Of a stretch of DNA of 54,579 nucleotides, positions 19,180 to 30,065 are shown one piece after another. Numbering within the stretch: the stretch's first letter is position 1; each line of letters starts with the position of its first letter. The DNA comes from Paracoccaceae bacterium (GTDB lineage Bacteria > Pseudomonadota > Alphaproteobacteria > Rhodobacterales > Rhodobacteraceae). The translations under genes and the position numbers were made by a program. The notes beneath the pieces are model-generated. The model was not told the DNA's origin and did not search any database. It was given only the letters and a program-made list of their open reading frames with translations. The stretch spans positions 1-54,579 of the forward strand of contig SLJW01000083.1 in the NCBI GenBank assembly GCA_007134865.1. The letters are read 5' to 3'.

Positions 19180-20589
19180 ATGCCCAAGACACTCTACGAC
19201 AAGATCTGGGACGCGCATGTCGTCCATGAAGACAGCGATGGCACCAGCCTGCTTTATATCGATCGCCATCTGGTTCATGAAGTGACCAGCCCGCAAGCCT
19301 TCGAGGGGCTGCGCATGGCCGGCCGCAAGGTTCGCGCGCCGGAAAAGACCATCGCTGTGCCTGACCACAATGTCCCCACGACCCCCGACCGCGTCAAGGG
19401 CATCGAGAACCCGGAATCTCGCATCCAGGTAGAGGCGCTGGACAGCAACGCGCGCGAGTTTGGTGTTCATTACTATCCCGTCAACGATATCCGCCAGGGG
19501 ATCGTGCACATCGTCGGCCCCGAACAGGGCTGGACCCTGCCAGGCATGACAGTGGTCTGTGGCGACAGCCATACTGCCACCCATGGGGCGTTCGGCGCGC
19601 TTGCGCATGGCATCGGCACGTCCGAGGTTGAGCACGTACTGGCCACGCAGACACTGATCCAGAAAAAATCGAAGAACATGAAGGTCGAGATCACCGGCTC
19701 CCTGCCCCCCGGTGTGACCGCCAAGGACATCACGCTTTCGGTCATCGGCAGGACTGGCACCGCAGGCGGCACCGGCTATGTTATCGAGTATTGCGGCCAA
19801 GCCATCGAAGAGCTGTCGATGGAGGGCCGCATGACTGTGTGCAACATGGCGATTGAAGGCGGCGCGCGCGCCGGGCTGATTGCGCCCGATGAAAAGACCT
19901 TCGCCTATGTCAAGGGCCGCCCCCATGCCCCCAAGGGCGCGCAATGGGACGCCGCCATGGCCTGGTGGAAGACGCTGAAATCCGACGAGGGCGCGCATTG
20001 GGACAAGGTTATTACCCTGCGCGCCGAGGATATCGCGCCCGTGGTGACCTGGGGCACCTCGCCCGAGGATGTATTGCCGATCACCGATAGCGTGCCCGCC
20101 CCCGAAAGCTTCTCGGGCGGCAAGGTCGAAGCGGCACAGCGTGCGCTTGATTATATGGGGCTCAAGGCAGGTCAGAAACTCAGCGATATCGAGATCGACA
20201 CGGTCTTCATCGGCTCCTGCACCAATGGCCGGATCGAGGATCTGCGCGCCGCAGCCGAAATCCTCAAGGGCCGCAAGATCGCTGTCAAACGCGCCATGGT
20301 GGTGCCGGGCTCTGGCCTCGTGCGCGCACAGGCCGAGGAAGAAGGGCTCGCGCAGATCTTTATTGATGCCGGTTTTGAGTGGCGCCTTGCGGGCTGCTCC
20401 ATGTGCCTCGCGATGAACCCCGACCAGCTTGCGCCCGGAGAGCGCTGCGCAGCCACCTCCAACCGCAATTTCGAGGGTCGACAGGGCCGCGGCGGGCGCA
20501 CGCATCTGATGTCCCCCGCCATGGCTGCCGCCGCGGCGGTGACTGGCAGGCTGACGGATGTCCGCGAAATGATGACCGAGACCGCCTGA
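19180..20589 (+). CDS. leuC: 3-isopropylmalate dehydratase large subunit
   Basis: [67 protein letters not shown]-like [12 protein letters not shown]. Confidence 0.98.
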   Translation: MPKTLYDKIWDAHVVHEDSDGTSLLYIDRHLVHEVTSPQAFEGLRMAGRKVRAPEKTIAVPDHNVPTTPDRVKGIENPESRIQVEALDSNAREFGVHYYPVNDIRQGIVHIVGPEQGWTLPGMTVVCGDSHTATHGAFGALAHGIGTSEVEHVLATQTLIQKKSKNMKVEITGSLPPGVTAKDITLSVIGRTGTAGGTGYVIEYCGQAIEELSMEGRMTVCNMAIEGGARAGLIAPDEKTFAYVKGRPHAPKGAQWDAAMAWWKTLKSDEGAHWDKVITLRAEDIAPVVTWGTSPEDVLPITDSVPAPESFSGGKVEAAQRALDYMGLKAGQKLSDIEIDTVFIGSCTNGRIEDLRAAAEILKGRKIAVKRAMVVPGSGLVRAQAEEEGLAQIFIDAGFEWRLAGCSMCLAMNPDQLAPGERCAATSNRNFEGRQGRGGRTHLMSPAMAAAAAVTGRLTDVREMMTETA

Positions 20590-20590
20590 T

Positions 20591-20634
20591 TTCATCTTGC
20601 CCCAAATACTCCGGGGTCCGGGGCAGAGCCCCGG
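20591..20634. repeat. Short palindromic intergenic element (REP-like)
   Basis: TTCATCTTGCCCCAAATACTCCGGGGTCCGGGGC-AGA-GCCCCGG. The hairpin is visible in the sequence; the resemblance to dispersed Rhodobacteraceae repeats is from recall. One copy in this window. Confidence 0.5.
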
Positions 20635-20656
20635 CGCTCTCGGGAAGGAGTAACCT

Positions 20657-21262
20657 ATGGACAAATTCACCACACTCACTGGCGTCGCGGCCCCGATGCC
20701 GCTCGTCAATATCGACACGGACATGATCATCCCCAAACAGTTTCTCAAGACGATCCAGCGGTCGGGCCTTGGCAAGAACCTGTTCGACGAGATGCGCTAT
20801 GATGATCAGGGCAACGAGATCCCCGATTTCGTGCTGAACCAGCCGGCCTACCGCAAGGCGCAGATCCTCGTTGCGGGCGACAATTTCGGCTGTGGCTCGA
20901 GCCGCGAACACGCGCCCTGGGCGCTGGCCGATTTCGGGATCAAGGCGATCATCTCCACCAGTTTCGCAGATATCTTCTACAATAATTGCTTCAAGAACGG
21001 CATGTTGCCCATCGTGCTGCCGCAGGAGCAGGTCGATGTCCTGATGAAGGATGCCCGCAAGGGCGAGAACGCGCGCATCGCGATCGACCTCGAATCACAG
21101 ACTGTCACGAGCGCGGATGGACATGTATTCTCTTTCGAGATCGACCCTTTCAAGAAGCACTGCCTACTGAATGGGCTCGACGATATTGGCCTGACTCTGG
21201 AGAAAGTATCTGCAATTGATACTTTTGAGGCCAAAGCCGCACAGGCACGCCCTTGGGTCTAA
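20657..21262 (+). CDS. leuD: 3-isopropylmalate dehydratase small subunit
   Basis: [37 protein letters not shown]. Confidence 0.98.
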   Translation: MDKFTTLTGVAAPMPLVNIDTDMIIPKQFLKTIQRSGLGKNLFDEMRYDDQGNEIPDFVLNQPAYRKAQILVAGDNFGCGSSREHAPWALADFGIKAIISTSFADIFYNNCFKNGMLPIVLPQEQVDVLMKDARKGENARIAIDLESQTVTSADGHVFSFEIDPFKKHCLLNGLDDIGLTLEKVSAIDTFEAKAAQARPWV

Positions 21263-21287
21263 GGGTCTGAAAACCGGCACTCTGAAA

Positions 21288-21317
21288 GCGGCAGGCCTCT
21301 GGGCTGCCGCATTTTTT
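21288..21317 (+). terminator. Intrinsic terminator after leuD
   Basis: GCGGCAG...CTGCCGC followed by ATTTTTT. Confidence 0.75.
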
Positions 21318-21530
21318 CCCTCAATTTGATGCAAACTCGCGACAGTTTCATCTCGAAATTGCCCCAGCCATGACCGATCCTAACCGCAAAGCTTGCTAGG
21401 GTGGCGGAAAATGGGCAGGATTGTGTCTAGAATAAGGCAGGCGCTGACCGGAACGGCAGCACGGCCGACAAGAATTGCGCAGATTGCGTCACCCAATCCA
21501 AGCGCAGTATGGCGAGGCAGTAGAGCATAC

Positions 21531-22379
21531 ATGTCACACGTGGCACAGATTCTGGTGCGCTGTTTAAGCGTTGGCATTTTGATCCTGCTGCCGGCGCTGC
21601 TTCTGCCAGGCATATCACTGGAAGCGGCGCAAGGCGTCACCTTGCTGGCATTGCTGGCCGTTGTTGTCGTCGCCACCGAATACGCCGCCGCCTATCCCGG
21701 CCTGATCGAGTTCCGCGATGCGAAACCGCATAACCGGGCGCGCTTCGTGATCCTTTTCGCGGTTGTCCTGTCGGTCACTCTAGTCAAACGCGAGATCATC
21801 CTGTCGCCTGATATGACCGGTTGGGTCATGACTACGGCGCTGGGGGTGGGCGACATGATCGACTTCGCCTTCAGCCCGGTCCGCCTGATGGTCATGTCCC
21901 TGCCCGCGGGGCTGCCTGTCGAACATCTGGCATTGGTCAAGGCTGCCGCGTCCCTTGCTTACCTGCTGTCACTCTTCGGCCTCGCCCTCATGTGCGCAGG
22001 CATTTACGCAGGCTATTGGCCGCGTCGCGACCAGACCTTCAATGTCTGGATCAATCTTCCGAATTTCGACCCGACCAAGGGGGTCGATGTCGTCCGGCGG
22101 CTCGAACGCGACGCCCAGTTTAACATTTTGTTAGGCATCATTCTGCCATTCTCGCTACCGGTTCTGCTGCACCTGTCCAATCTTCTGGTGCAGCCCATGA
22201 CCTTGCAGTCGCCACTGGCGTTTGTCTGGGGGATCGCACTCTGGGCCTTCATTCCGGTAAATCTGATCTTGCGTGGGGCGGCAATGTATCGCGTCGCCCA
22301 ACTGGTACGCGACCAGCGCCGGCGCCTCGCCGAGGAAGAAGATGCCGTGTCCTTGCCTGCACGATCTGCCTATTCCTGA
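21531..22379 (+). CDS. Hypothetical polytopic membrane protein (start uncertain)
   Basis: About 6-7 hydrophobic segments with polar loops EFRDAKPHNRARF and FNVWINLPNFDPT. Confidence 0.75.
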   Translation: MSHVAQILVRCLSVGILILLPALLLPGISLEAAQGVTLLALLAVVVVATEYAAAYPGLIEFRDAKPHNRARFVILFAVVLSVTLVKREIILSPDMTGWVMTTALGVGDMIDFAFSPVRLMVMSLPAGLPVEHLALVKAAASLAYLLSLFGLALMCAGIYAGYWPRRDQTFNVWINLPNFDPTKGVDVVRRLERDAQFNILLGIILPFSLPVLLHLSNLLVQPMTLQSPLAFVWGIALWAFIPVNLILRGAAMYRVAQLVRDQRRRLAEEEDAVSLPARSAYS

Positions 22380-23464
22380 CCCTGATCACGTCTTTCCCTG
22401 ACAAGGCGCAGGCTGATACTCTGCGCATTGCCTTCTGGAGGATCGACCTTGGTGGCCGTGGCCCAGGCTATGCCTTGCGCGACATCCTCGCCGAAGCGTC
22501 CGTTCCAGTGCAAAAAGCCGCTCTGATCGCGCATCTGACCCCCGACATTCTGGTTCTATCGGGGCTTGATCACGACCATGACCTGATCACCCTGCGCGCC
22601 TTTCGCGACCTCATCGCCCAGCACGGTCACTTGTTCGAGCATGTCTTCGCCTATCCCTCGAATGCAGGTTTGCGGACCGGGCTGGACATGACAGGCGATA
22701 CCCGCACTGACACAGCCGATGATACGCAGGGCTATGGTCCCTTCCGTGGTGCCAAGGCGCTGGCCATCCTTTCCCGTTTTCCTGTCAATCGAGAGTCCGC
22801 GCGCGATTTCTCATCATTTCTCTGGCGTGGCCTGCCAAACGCCCTGCTGCCAGACATGTCAACCGAGGCGCTTGCCATACATCGCCTTTCCAGCACGGGT
22901 CACTGGGATGTGCCCGTCTGGGTCAGCCCGCAGGTGCAGTTGCATCTGCTGGTCTATCAGGCCGGTCCACCGATCTTCGGCGGGCATGAGAGCCGCAACC
23001 GGTTGCGCAATCACGACGAGACAGCTTTCTGGCTGCGCTTCCTCGATGGCGACCTGCCGATGACACCACCCTCTGCGCCCCTCGTCGTGATCGGGGGCAG
23101 CAATCTCGACCCAAGCGATGGTGACGGCAGACATGAGGCAATGCGGGCCCTGCTGGATCATCCGTCGCTGCAGGACCCGCAGCCGAGTAGTGAGGGTGGC
23201 CGCCACGCCAGTCACGACCCGCGCAACAGGGCGCATCGCGGCCCACCGGAACTTGATACTGTGCACTGGCCGCAAACACCCGGCCCCGGCAATCTGCGGG
23301 TAAGCTACATATTGCCCGCCCGCGATCTGGAGGTCACCGATGCAGGTGTTTTCTGGCCCCTACCGGACAACCCCGAGGCAGTCTTGCTTGGGGACCCCGA
23401 CGCTCCGCCTACGCGGCACCGGATGGTCTGGGTCGATATCCTCACCGAAAGCCTGAAGCGCTGA
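22342..23464 (+). CDS. Endonuclease/exonuclease/phosphatase family protein, probably secreted (start anomalous)
   Basis: PDILVL, SNAG..G.D..GD, LSSTGHWDVP, RNHDE..FW, LRVSYILP, TRHRMVWVD. The frame is open upstream of TTG 22475 and encodes a signal-like segment. Confidence 0.75.
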
Positions 23465-23515
23465 TCTCACTCATGCCGCGGGCACGCGGGCGCTTCCCGA
23501 ACGCGTGAAACGCCG

Positions 23516-24394
23516 TCAGTTCAGAAGCCCCGCATGACGCATCGCCGCGTCCATTTTCGCCTTGGCGGCCTCGGACAAACCGACCAGCGGCAGGCGCACT
23601 TCTTCACTGCATTTACCGAGGCGTGACAGACCATATTTCGCGCCGACAAGCCCCGGTTCGGTAAAGATGGCGACGTGGAGCGGCATCAGCCTGTCATGGA
23701 TGTCGAGAGCGCGCAGATAATCGCCCGCAAGCGTCGCCTCCTGGAATTCGGCGCAGAGCCTGGGGGCGACATTCGCCGTCACCGATATGCAGCCCACACC
23801 ACCTTGCGCGTTGAACCCCGGTGCGGTCGCATCCTCGCCCGAAAGCTGGATGAACTCCGGCCCACAGGTCATACGCTGCAGGCTTACGCGCTCCAGCTTG
23901 CCGGTGGCATCCTTCACCCCGACGATCCGCGGCAATTCGGCAAGACGCCCCATGGTCTCGGGTGTCATGTCCACGACCGAGCGACCGGGAATGTTGTAGA
24001 TGATGATCGGCAGACCGCAGCAATCATGCAGTGCTTTGAAATGCGCGATCAGACCGTCTTGTGTGGGTTTGTTGTAATAAGGTGTGACCACAAGTGCTGC
24101 GTCAGCACCGACCGATTCGGCATGCCGCAGAAAGCCGACGGCCTCGATCGTGTTGTTCGACCCGGCGCCAGCGATGACCGGCACGCGACCAGCCGCGGCC
24201 TTGACCACTTCCTCAATGACGCGTTCATGTTCGGCATGGCTCAATGTCGGGCTTTCGCCCGTCGTGCCGACCGGCACCAACCCGTGCGAGCCTTCGGCGA
24301 TCTGCCATTCGACCAGCGCGTGGAGCGTGTCGAGATCAAGTGCGTTGTCCTTCAGCGGCGTGACCAATGCCGGCATGGACCCTCTGATCTGCAT
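23516..24394 (-). CDS. dapA: 4-hydroxy-tetrahydrodipicolinate synthase
   Basis: [30 protein letters not shown]; start chosen from GAGGAG spacing. Confidence 0.97.
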   Translation of the reverse strand: MQIRGSMPALVTPLKDNALDLDTLHALVEWQIAEGSHGLVPVGTTGESPTLSHAEHERVIEEVVKAAAGRVPVIAGAGSNNTIEAVGFLRHAESVGADAALVVTPYYNKPTQDGLIAHFKALHDCCGLPIIIYNIPGRSVVDMTPETMGRLAELPRIVGVKDATGKLERVSLQRMTCGPEFIQLSGEDATAPGFNAQGGVGCISVTANVAPRLCAEFQEATLAGDYLRALDIHDRLMPLHVAIFTEPGLVGAKYGLSRLGKCSEEVRLPLVGLSEAAKAKMDAAMRHAGLLN

Positions 24395-24517
24395 CTGCGC
24401 CATCTCCTCTAGAACCCCGCACGGGCCGAACGTAAGCTTTCAGAAATGTGTCTTGCCCCGTGTGCATCGCCGGTTAGAACGAGGGCGAAGCAGTTTCAAG
24501 GAAAAAGAACCCCTTCG

Positions 24518-26500
24518 ATGTCGCCTGCTGACCGCTACCGCGTGCTTCTCCGCATCGGGCTAGGGACCCTTTGCGGGCTCTGCCTGTCGCTGGGCTCGGG
24601 TGTGGCGCAAGACACACCCCCGCCGTCGCGCGCGTCAGGGCTCTTGGCTGCGTCCTTGCAGGCGGCACAGACTGGCAACTGGGCCGAGGTCGAGGCGCGC
24701 GTTGCCGAGAGCGATCAGATTTCGCGTGATATACTGCATTGGCTTGCTTTGCGCGAGGGGCACGGGAACTTCGCCGAGTACGTGGCGTTCCTGCGAGACA
24801 AGAGCCACTGGCCCTTGATCAACACTGTGCAGCGTCAGGCCGAAGAACTGCTGGCCACACAGACGCCCGAAGCAATCCTCGAATTTTTCGAGTTGTCGCC
24901 GCCAGTCTCGGAGGAAGGACAGATCGCATTTACCTTCGCTTTGAAGGAAACTGGCCAGACTGATCGGGCCGAGGCACTGGCCATAGATCTGTGGCAGGGT
25001 GAGTTCCTGAGCGGCGAACACGAGTTGCGCCTGCTACGCAGCTTTGGTGACGCCCTTGAACCTTATCATGCAGACCGCGTGGACATGCTACTCTGGCAAG
25101 GCGCGCGTACTGCGGCCCAGCGCCATCTGGAGCGCCTGCCCGAAGCCGAAAAGGCTGTCGCGCGCGCCCGTATCGCACTGCAGGAGCGTGTCTCGGGGGT
25201 CGATCCGCTGGTCGCCGCAGTGCCTGCCAGCCACGCAAGTGACCCTGGCCTGATGCGCGACCGCTTCGAATTTCGCATTCGCGTCGGGAATGTCGAGGGG
25301 GCGATCGCGCTCATCCTCGAGCAATCGCGCCATGACGCGGGTCTGGGACAGCCTGAGGCGTGGGGCGCGCGCCGGGTGGCCCTTGTACGCCGCGCCATGT
25401 CCGAGGGCGATTTCGCCCTAGCCTACGATCTGGCCACGCCCAACGGGCTTGAGGACGGGCTGCATTTCGTCGATCTGGAGTTCCTCGCGGGCTTCATTGC
25501 ATTGACGCATCTCGACCGTCCGCAGGATGCGTTGAACCACTTCCGGACCCTGCGCGTTCGCAGTTCCAGCCCGATCAGCCTTGGGCGTGCCGGGTATTGG
25601 GAAGGCCGTGCGCAAGAAGCTTTGGGCAATGCGGATCTTGCCGAGATGTCCTTTGCTTTTGGTGCCGAGCATCAGACCAGTTTCTACGGTCAACTTGCCG
25701 CCGACAGGTTGGGTCTGACACTGGACCCTGTGCTTGTGAATGGCGATGAGCATCCTAACTGGCGCGACACGTCGCTTGCAGAATCGGATCTGCTGCAAGC
25801 GGCCCTGCTTTTGCACGAAGCTGGGCAATGGCATCAGGCGCGACGCTTCGTGCTGTTTCTGGCCCGTCAGCTTGATGATGCAGCGACCCTCGGAGCGCTC
25901 GCTGATCTGATGCTCGAAATCGGGGAGCCCAATTTCGCCCTGAACATTGCCAAGATCGCTGTGCAGAGCGAGATTGTCCTGCCACGCGCCTATTTTCCGC
26001 TGACAGACCTTGCCAAGGCGGAGCTTCCGGTGCCCGCAGATCTTGTCAAGGCGATTGCGCGACGCGAGAGCGAGTTTGACCCCGGTGTCGTCAGTCCGGC
26101 CGATGCGCGTGGGCTGATGCAGGTCCTGCCCGGCACTGGTGAGATGATGGCAAGCAAGCTGGGGGTTCCGTTTCAGGCAAGCGACCTGATCAGTAACCCC
26201 GATCTGAATGCGCGCCTGGGTGCGGCCTATCTGGAGGAACTGCGCGACGAATTCGGGACCTCGCTGGCGCTTGTGGCAGCGGGTTACAATGCAGGCCCAG
26301 GCCGACCCCGGCAGTGGATCCCTCGACTTGGCGACCCGCGCGACGAGAATGTTGATCTTATTGCTTGGGTCGAGAGCGTGCCGTTTGCCGAAACGCGAAA
26401 TTACATCATGAGAGTCGCGGAGTCGCAGGTGGTTTATCGTTCACGGCTTGCAGGAAGTCCGCAACCGATTGAAATGCATCGGCTGTTGCGGGGCGACTGA
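24518..26500 (+). CDS. Soluble lytic transglycosylase (Slt70-like)
   Basis: C-terminal AIARRESEF, ARGLMQVLPGT, AGYNAGPG, ETRNY; N-terminal signal and helical region. Confidence 0.93.
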   Translation: MSPADRYRVLLRIGLGTLCGLCLSLGSGVAQDTPPPSRASGLLAASLQAAQTGNWAEVEARVAESDQISRDILHWLALREGHGNFAEYVAFLRDKSHWPLINTVQRQAEELLATQTPEAILEFFELSPPVSEEGQIAFTFALKETGQTDRAEALAIDLWQGEFLSGEHELRLLRSFGDALEPYHADRVDMLLWQGARTAAQRHLERLPEAEKAVARARIALQERVSGVDPLVAAVPASHASDPGLMRDRFEFRIRVGNVEGAIALILEQSRHDAGLGQPEAWGARRVALVRRAMSEGDFALAYDLATPNGLEDGLHFVDLEFLAGFIALTHLDRPQDALNHFRTLRVRSSSPISLGRAGYWEGRAQEALGNADLAEMSFAFGAEHQTSFYGQLAADRLGLTLDPVLVNGDEHPNWRDTSLAESDLLQAALLLHEAGQWHQARRFVLFLARQLDDAATLGALADLMLEIGEPNFALNIAKIAVQSEIVLPRAYFPLTDLAKAELPVPADLVKAIARRESEFDPGVVSPADARGLMQVLPGTGEMMASKLGVPFQASDLISNPDLNARLGAAYLEELRDEFGTSLALVAAGYNAGPGRPRQWIPRLGDPRDENVDLIAWVESVPFAETRNYIMRVAESQVVYRSRLAGSPQPIEMHRLLRGD

Positions 26501-26564
26501 CCCTTTGAAGGTCCTTGCAAAGCGCCCGACCTACTGAAACTGATTGCTTTTTCGCAATCATCGC

Positions 26565-27185
26565 TCAGTTCAGCCCAATGACTATACCGACACCGATAAG
26601 CAGCACCCCTGCAACCCGGTTCGCCCGCGCGAGCGCTGTCCCAGAGCGTAGCAAGGCGCGAGCGCGGTCGATAGCCAACGCCATCAAAAGGTTGCCGATG
26701 ATGGGAATAAGGGCGGAAACCGCGAGAATCGCAGCAATATCGGCCCATGTCACACGGCTAAGGTCGAAGAAGCCCGGCAGCACGCCCATATAGAACAGGA
26801 TCGCCTTGGGATTGGCGAGAATGACCGTCACCCCGGCGGCGAAGCCGGCCAGCGCGCCTGGGCGGTTCAGGCGGCTGTCGGTCGAAAGTTCGGTCGCGGC
26901 GTGGCGGATGAGTTGCACCCCCATGATGACGAACATCGCCGTCGCGACCCATTTCAGCGCCTCGAGCAGATCGCCATAGATCGACAGGATCCATGTCAAT
27001 CCGAAGATAGCCGCCAGTGGCCAGAACATGTCGCCCAGCGCCACACCCACGGCCAGCGGCGCCGCCGAGGCAAAGCCGCCTGACATGGCGCGTGCAGTCA
27101 GCGCGACCCAGACAGGACCGGGCGTCAGAAACAGGATCAGGATCGCGCCTGCGTAGAAGACAAGCTCCAGCGGTGTCACTGTCAT
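26565..27185 (-). CDS. LysE/RhtB family translocator
   Basis: LTPGP, NPKAILFY, about six TM segments. Confidence 0.92.
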   Translation of the reverse strand: MTVTPLELVFYAGAILILFLTPGPVWVALTARAMSGGFASAAPLAVGVALGDMFWPLAAIFGLTWILSIYGDLLEALKWVATAMFVIMGVQLIRHAATELSTDSRLNRPGALAGFAAGVTVILANPKAILFYMGVLPGFFDLSRVTWADIAAILAVSALIPIIGNLLMALAIDRARALLRSGTALARANRVAGVLLIGVGIVIGLN

Positions 27186-27619
27186 TCAGGCACCGGCAGT
27201 GTCAGGCTGCCATCTGAGGAGAGTGGCCAGAACGGGTTATGCGCGACCTCCCAGACATGGCCATCGGGGTCAGCAAAATAACCTGAATACCCGCCCCAGA
27301 AGACTGGCTCGGGGTGTTTGAGCACCTCTGCACCAGCGGCGAGGGCGGCGGTATATGCGGCGTCGACCTCATCGCGACTGTCGAAATTCTGCGCAAGTGT
27401 GATCGCGCCGGTGCCCAGTGCGGCACCTGTTCGCCCTTGATCTTCCGCCAGCGCGTCACGGTCGAAAAGCATGAGAGCCTGGCCATGAAGCTGGTAGCAG
27501 ATCATGCCCTCGGTCAGTTCGGCAGGCTGCCATCCCAGCCCCTCATAGAAGGCCCGCGCACGGTCGAGATCGGCCACGCCCAGAGTGACAAGGCTGATGC
27601 GCTGGCGCGGATAGCTCAT
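27182..27619 (-). CDS. VOC/glyoxalase family protein
   Basis: ISLVTLGVADL, FWGGYSGYFADPDGHVWEVAHNP. Confidence 0.93.
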   Translation of the reverse strand: MSYPRQRISLVTLGVADLDRARAFYEGLGWQPAELTEGMICYQLHGQALMLFDRDALAEDQGRTGAALGTGAITLAQNFDSRDEVDAAYTAALAAGAEVLKHPEPVFWGGYSGYFADPDGHVWEVAHNPFWPLSSDGSLTLPVPE

Positions 27620-28710
27620 GGTGTCACCTCCTCCATCTGCGAGATGCCCTCATCCTCGCTGATATAAAAATGCTGCGCACGCGGGCCCAGATCAGTGAAT
27701 AACTCGGGACCTGTGCCCGTCAGAAAGGCCTGCACGCCAAGATCGCACAGGATGTCATAGAGCGCCGACCTGCGGGCGGCGTCAAGATGGGCGGCGAGTT
27801 CATCAAGCAACAGCACCGGTTGGGTGTTCCGTTCCGCGGCAAGCGCGCGCGCATTGGCAAGAACCAGCGAGATCAACAGCGCTTTCTGTTCACCGGTCGA
27901 GCATTGCGCGGCAGGCATGCCCTTGGCCGCCCAGACCGCTCCAAGATCGGTCCGGTGCGGGCCGATCAGGCTGCGCCCTGCCGTCATGTCCCGCCCGCGC
28001 CCCTCGGCCAATGCCTGCGCAAGCTCAGCAGCGCCGTCAGGCGCGGCCCCCTCAAGCGTCAGATCGGCGACCGGGAACGGTCCGTCGGGGTCAGCATGAC
28101 GCGCAAGGATGGCGAGTGTTGCGATGCGATTCGCTGATATCCGCGCCCCAGCCTGTGCCATCTGCGCCTCGAGCGCACCATACCAGCCGCCATTGGTCAC
28201 ACCGTCGCGCAACAGGCGGTTGCGCTCTCGCATCGCCTTTTCATAGCTCAACACCTGCGCAGCATGGTCCGGCTCGAAACTCAGCACCATCCGGTCAAGA
28301 AAGCGCCGCCGCCCCTCTGCACCCTCGATCCAGAGCCGGTCCATCTGCGGGGTGAGCCAGAGCATCGACATCACATTGCCCAGCGCGATCTGCGGCGCAG
28401 TCTTGTCGTCGATGCGGACCTGCCGCGCGGCCCCTGGCTCGGCCCAGGTTTCGATCAGACGCAACCCCTCTGCGCCTGCTATCTCAGCGCGCAGTTTCCA
28501 GCCCAGAGCCTGCGGGCGGCGCGCAATCTCGTCGGGCGCGGCGCGGCGCAAACCGCGCCCCGGTGAGAGCAGCGAGACAGCTTCGAGAATATTGGTCTTG
28601 CCTGCACCATTAGCACCAGCAAGCACTACGATGCGCCCATCGAGCACCATCCTCGTGCGCAGATGCGAGCGGAAATGCGACAACGTCAGTGAGGTGACAT
28701 GCACAGCCAT
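27616..28710 (-). CDS. recF: DNA replication/repair protein RecF
   Basis: GANGAGKTNILEAVS, RRRFLDR, GPHRTD, STGEQKALL, LLLDE..AHLD. Confidence 0.97.
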   Translation of the reverse strand: MAVHVTSLTLSHFRSHLRTRMVLDGRIVVLAGANGAGKTNILEAVSLLSPGRGLRRAAPDEIARRPQALGWKLRAEIAGAEGLRLIETWAEPGAARQVRIDDKTAPQIALGNVMSMLWLTPQMDRLWIEGAEGRRRFLDRMVLSFEPDHAAQVLSYEKAMRERNRLLRDGVTNGGWYGALEAQMAQAGARISANRIATLAILARHADPDGPFPVADLTLEGAAPDGAAELAQALAEGRGRDMTAGRSLIGPHRTDLGAVWAAKGMPAAQCSTGEQKALLISLVLANARALAAERNTQPVLLLDELAAHLDAARRSALYDILCDLGVQAFLTGTGPELFTDLGPRAQHFYISEDEGISQMEEVTP

Positions 28711-28748
28711 GCGCCAGCGGTAGAAAAGAACGCTGGCCAAGGCCAGAG

Positions 28749-28775
28749 AAAAAAGGCCCCGTTGCTTGCGAGGCC
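28749..28775 (-). terminator. Intrinsic terminator between dnaN and recF
   Basis: Minus strand reads GGCCTCG-CAAGCAA-CGGGGCC-TTTTTT. Confidence 0.65.
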
Positions 28776-28824
28776 CGGTGGAACAAACCTTGTATCTGTC
28801 ACTGCAACCGGACGAGACGCCCCA

Positions 28825-29943
28825 TCACACCCGCATCGGCATCACCACATAGACTGCGCTGGTGTCATTGCCCTCGCGCATCAGCGTCGGGTCACCCGAG
28901 TTGTTGAACAGGAACACCGCGTTTTCCCGATCGACCTGACTGGCGATCTCGAGCAGGTATTTCGCGTTGAAGCCGATCTCGAGACGTTCATCGCCATAAT
29001 TGACGATCAGTTCCTCCTCGGCGGCCCCAGAATCGGGCGCATTGACCGAGAGGACCAGCTTGTCTTCCTCCAGCGCCAATTTCACCGCGCGCGAGCGCTC
29101 GGAAGACACTGTTGCCACGCGATCAACCGCCTTGGCAAACTCGGTCGCGTCGACCTCCAACTTGCGGGTGTTCTGGGTCGGGATGACTCGCGTGTAGTCC
29201 GGGAAAGTGCCATCGATCACCTTGGACGTGAGCGTTATGTCGGGTGTGGCAAAACGCACCTTGGTCTCCGAGACCGAAACGGCGATCTGCATCTCGTCAT
29301 CTTCGAGCAGCTTTCGCAATTCGCCCACTGTCTTGCGCGGGACAATCACGCCCGGCATCTCCTCTGCCCCGCTCGGGAGCGCGGCGTCGATCCGCGCCAG
29401 CCGGTGGCCATCCGTGGCCACGCAGCGCAAGACGCGGCCGCCATCGGCCTCGGCGACATGCATATAGACGCCGTTCAGGTAATAGCGGGTCTCCTCGGTC
29501 GAGATGGCGAATTTCGCCTTGTCGAACAAGCGCCGCAAATCCTTAGCCGTCGCCGAGAAATTAGCCGTGTATTCGTTCGACGCCATGACCGGGAAATCTT
29601 CCTTGGGTAGGGTCGCAAGCGAGAAGGAGGACCGTCCGGCCGTAACCTGCAACCGTCCCGTGCGTGCATCATTTACGAGTTCGACCAGCGCGCCATCGGG
29701 CAACTTGCGCACAATGTCGTGCAACAGCACAGCCGAGACTGTCGTTGCGCCAGGCTGTTCGACCATGGCAGGCGCACGATCCACCACCTCGATATCGAGA
29801 TCGGTCGCGCGCAGACTGATTTGCCCTTCACCCGTTTCGATCAGGACATTGGCCAGAATCGGGATGGTGTTGCGCCGCTCGACAACCGATTGCGCCTGGC
29901 CCACTGCCTTCAGCAGGACCGCTCTTTCGATGCTGATCTTCAT
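28825..29943 (-). CDS. dnaN: DNA polymerase III beta clamp
   Basis: ERRNTIPILANV, ATDLD, EETRYYLNG, VATDGHRLA, C-terminal VVMPMRV. Confidence 0.98.
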   Translation of the reverse strand: MKISIERAVLLKAVGQAQSVVERRNTIPILANVLIETGEGQISLRATDLDIEVVDRAPAMVEQPGATTVSAVLLHDIVRKLPDGALVELVNDARTGRLQVTAGRSSFSLATLPKEDFPVMASNEYTANFSATAKDLRRLFDKAKFAISTEETRYYLNGVYMHVAEADGGRVLRCVATDGHRLARIDAALPSGAEEMPGVIVPRKTVGELRKLLEDDEMQIAVSVSETKVRFATPDITLTSKVIDGTFPDYTRVIPTQNTRKLEVDATEFAKAVDRVATVSSERSRAVKLALEEDKLVLSVNAPDSGAAEEELIVNYGDERLEIGFNAKYLLEIASQVDRENAVFLFNNSGDPTLMREGNDTSAVYVVMPMRV

Positions 29944-30065
29944 GCCCTCGATCCTATTCTGCCGCAGGTGTCTTGCGCACCTCCGGGGATCGTGAGCCTA
30001 GCCATTTCTGCCCTGACGACAAGCATTTTTCAAACATCGCGCGCGCTTTATCAACAGAGACGCTC

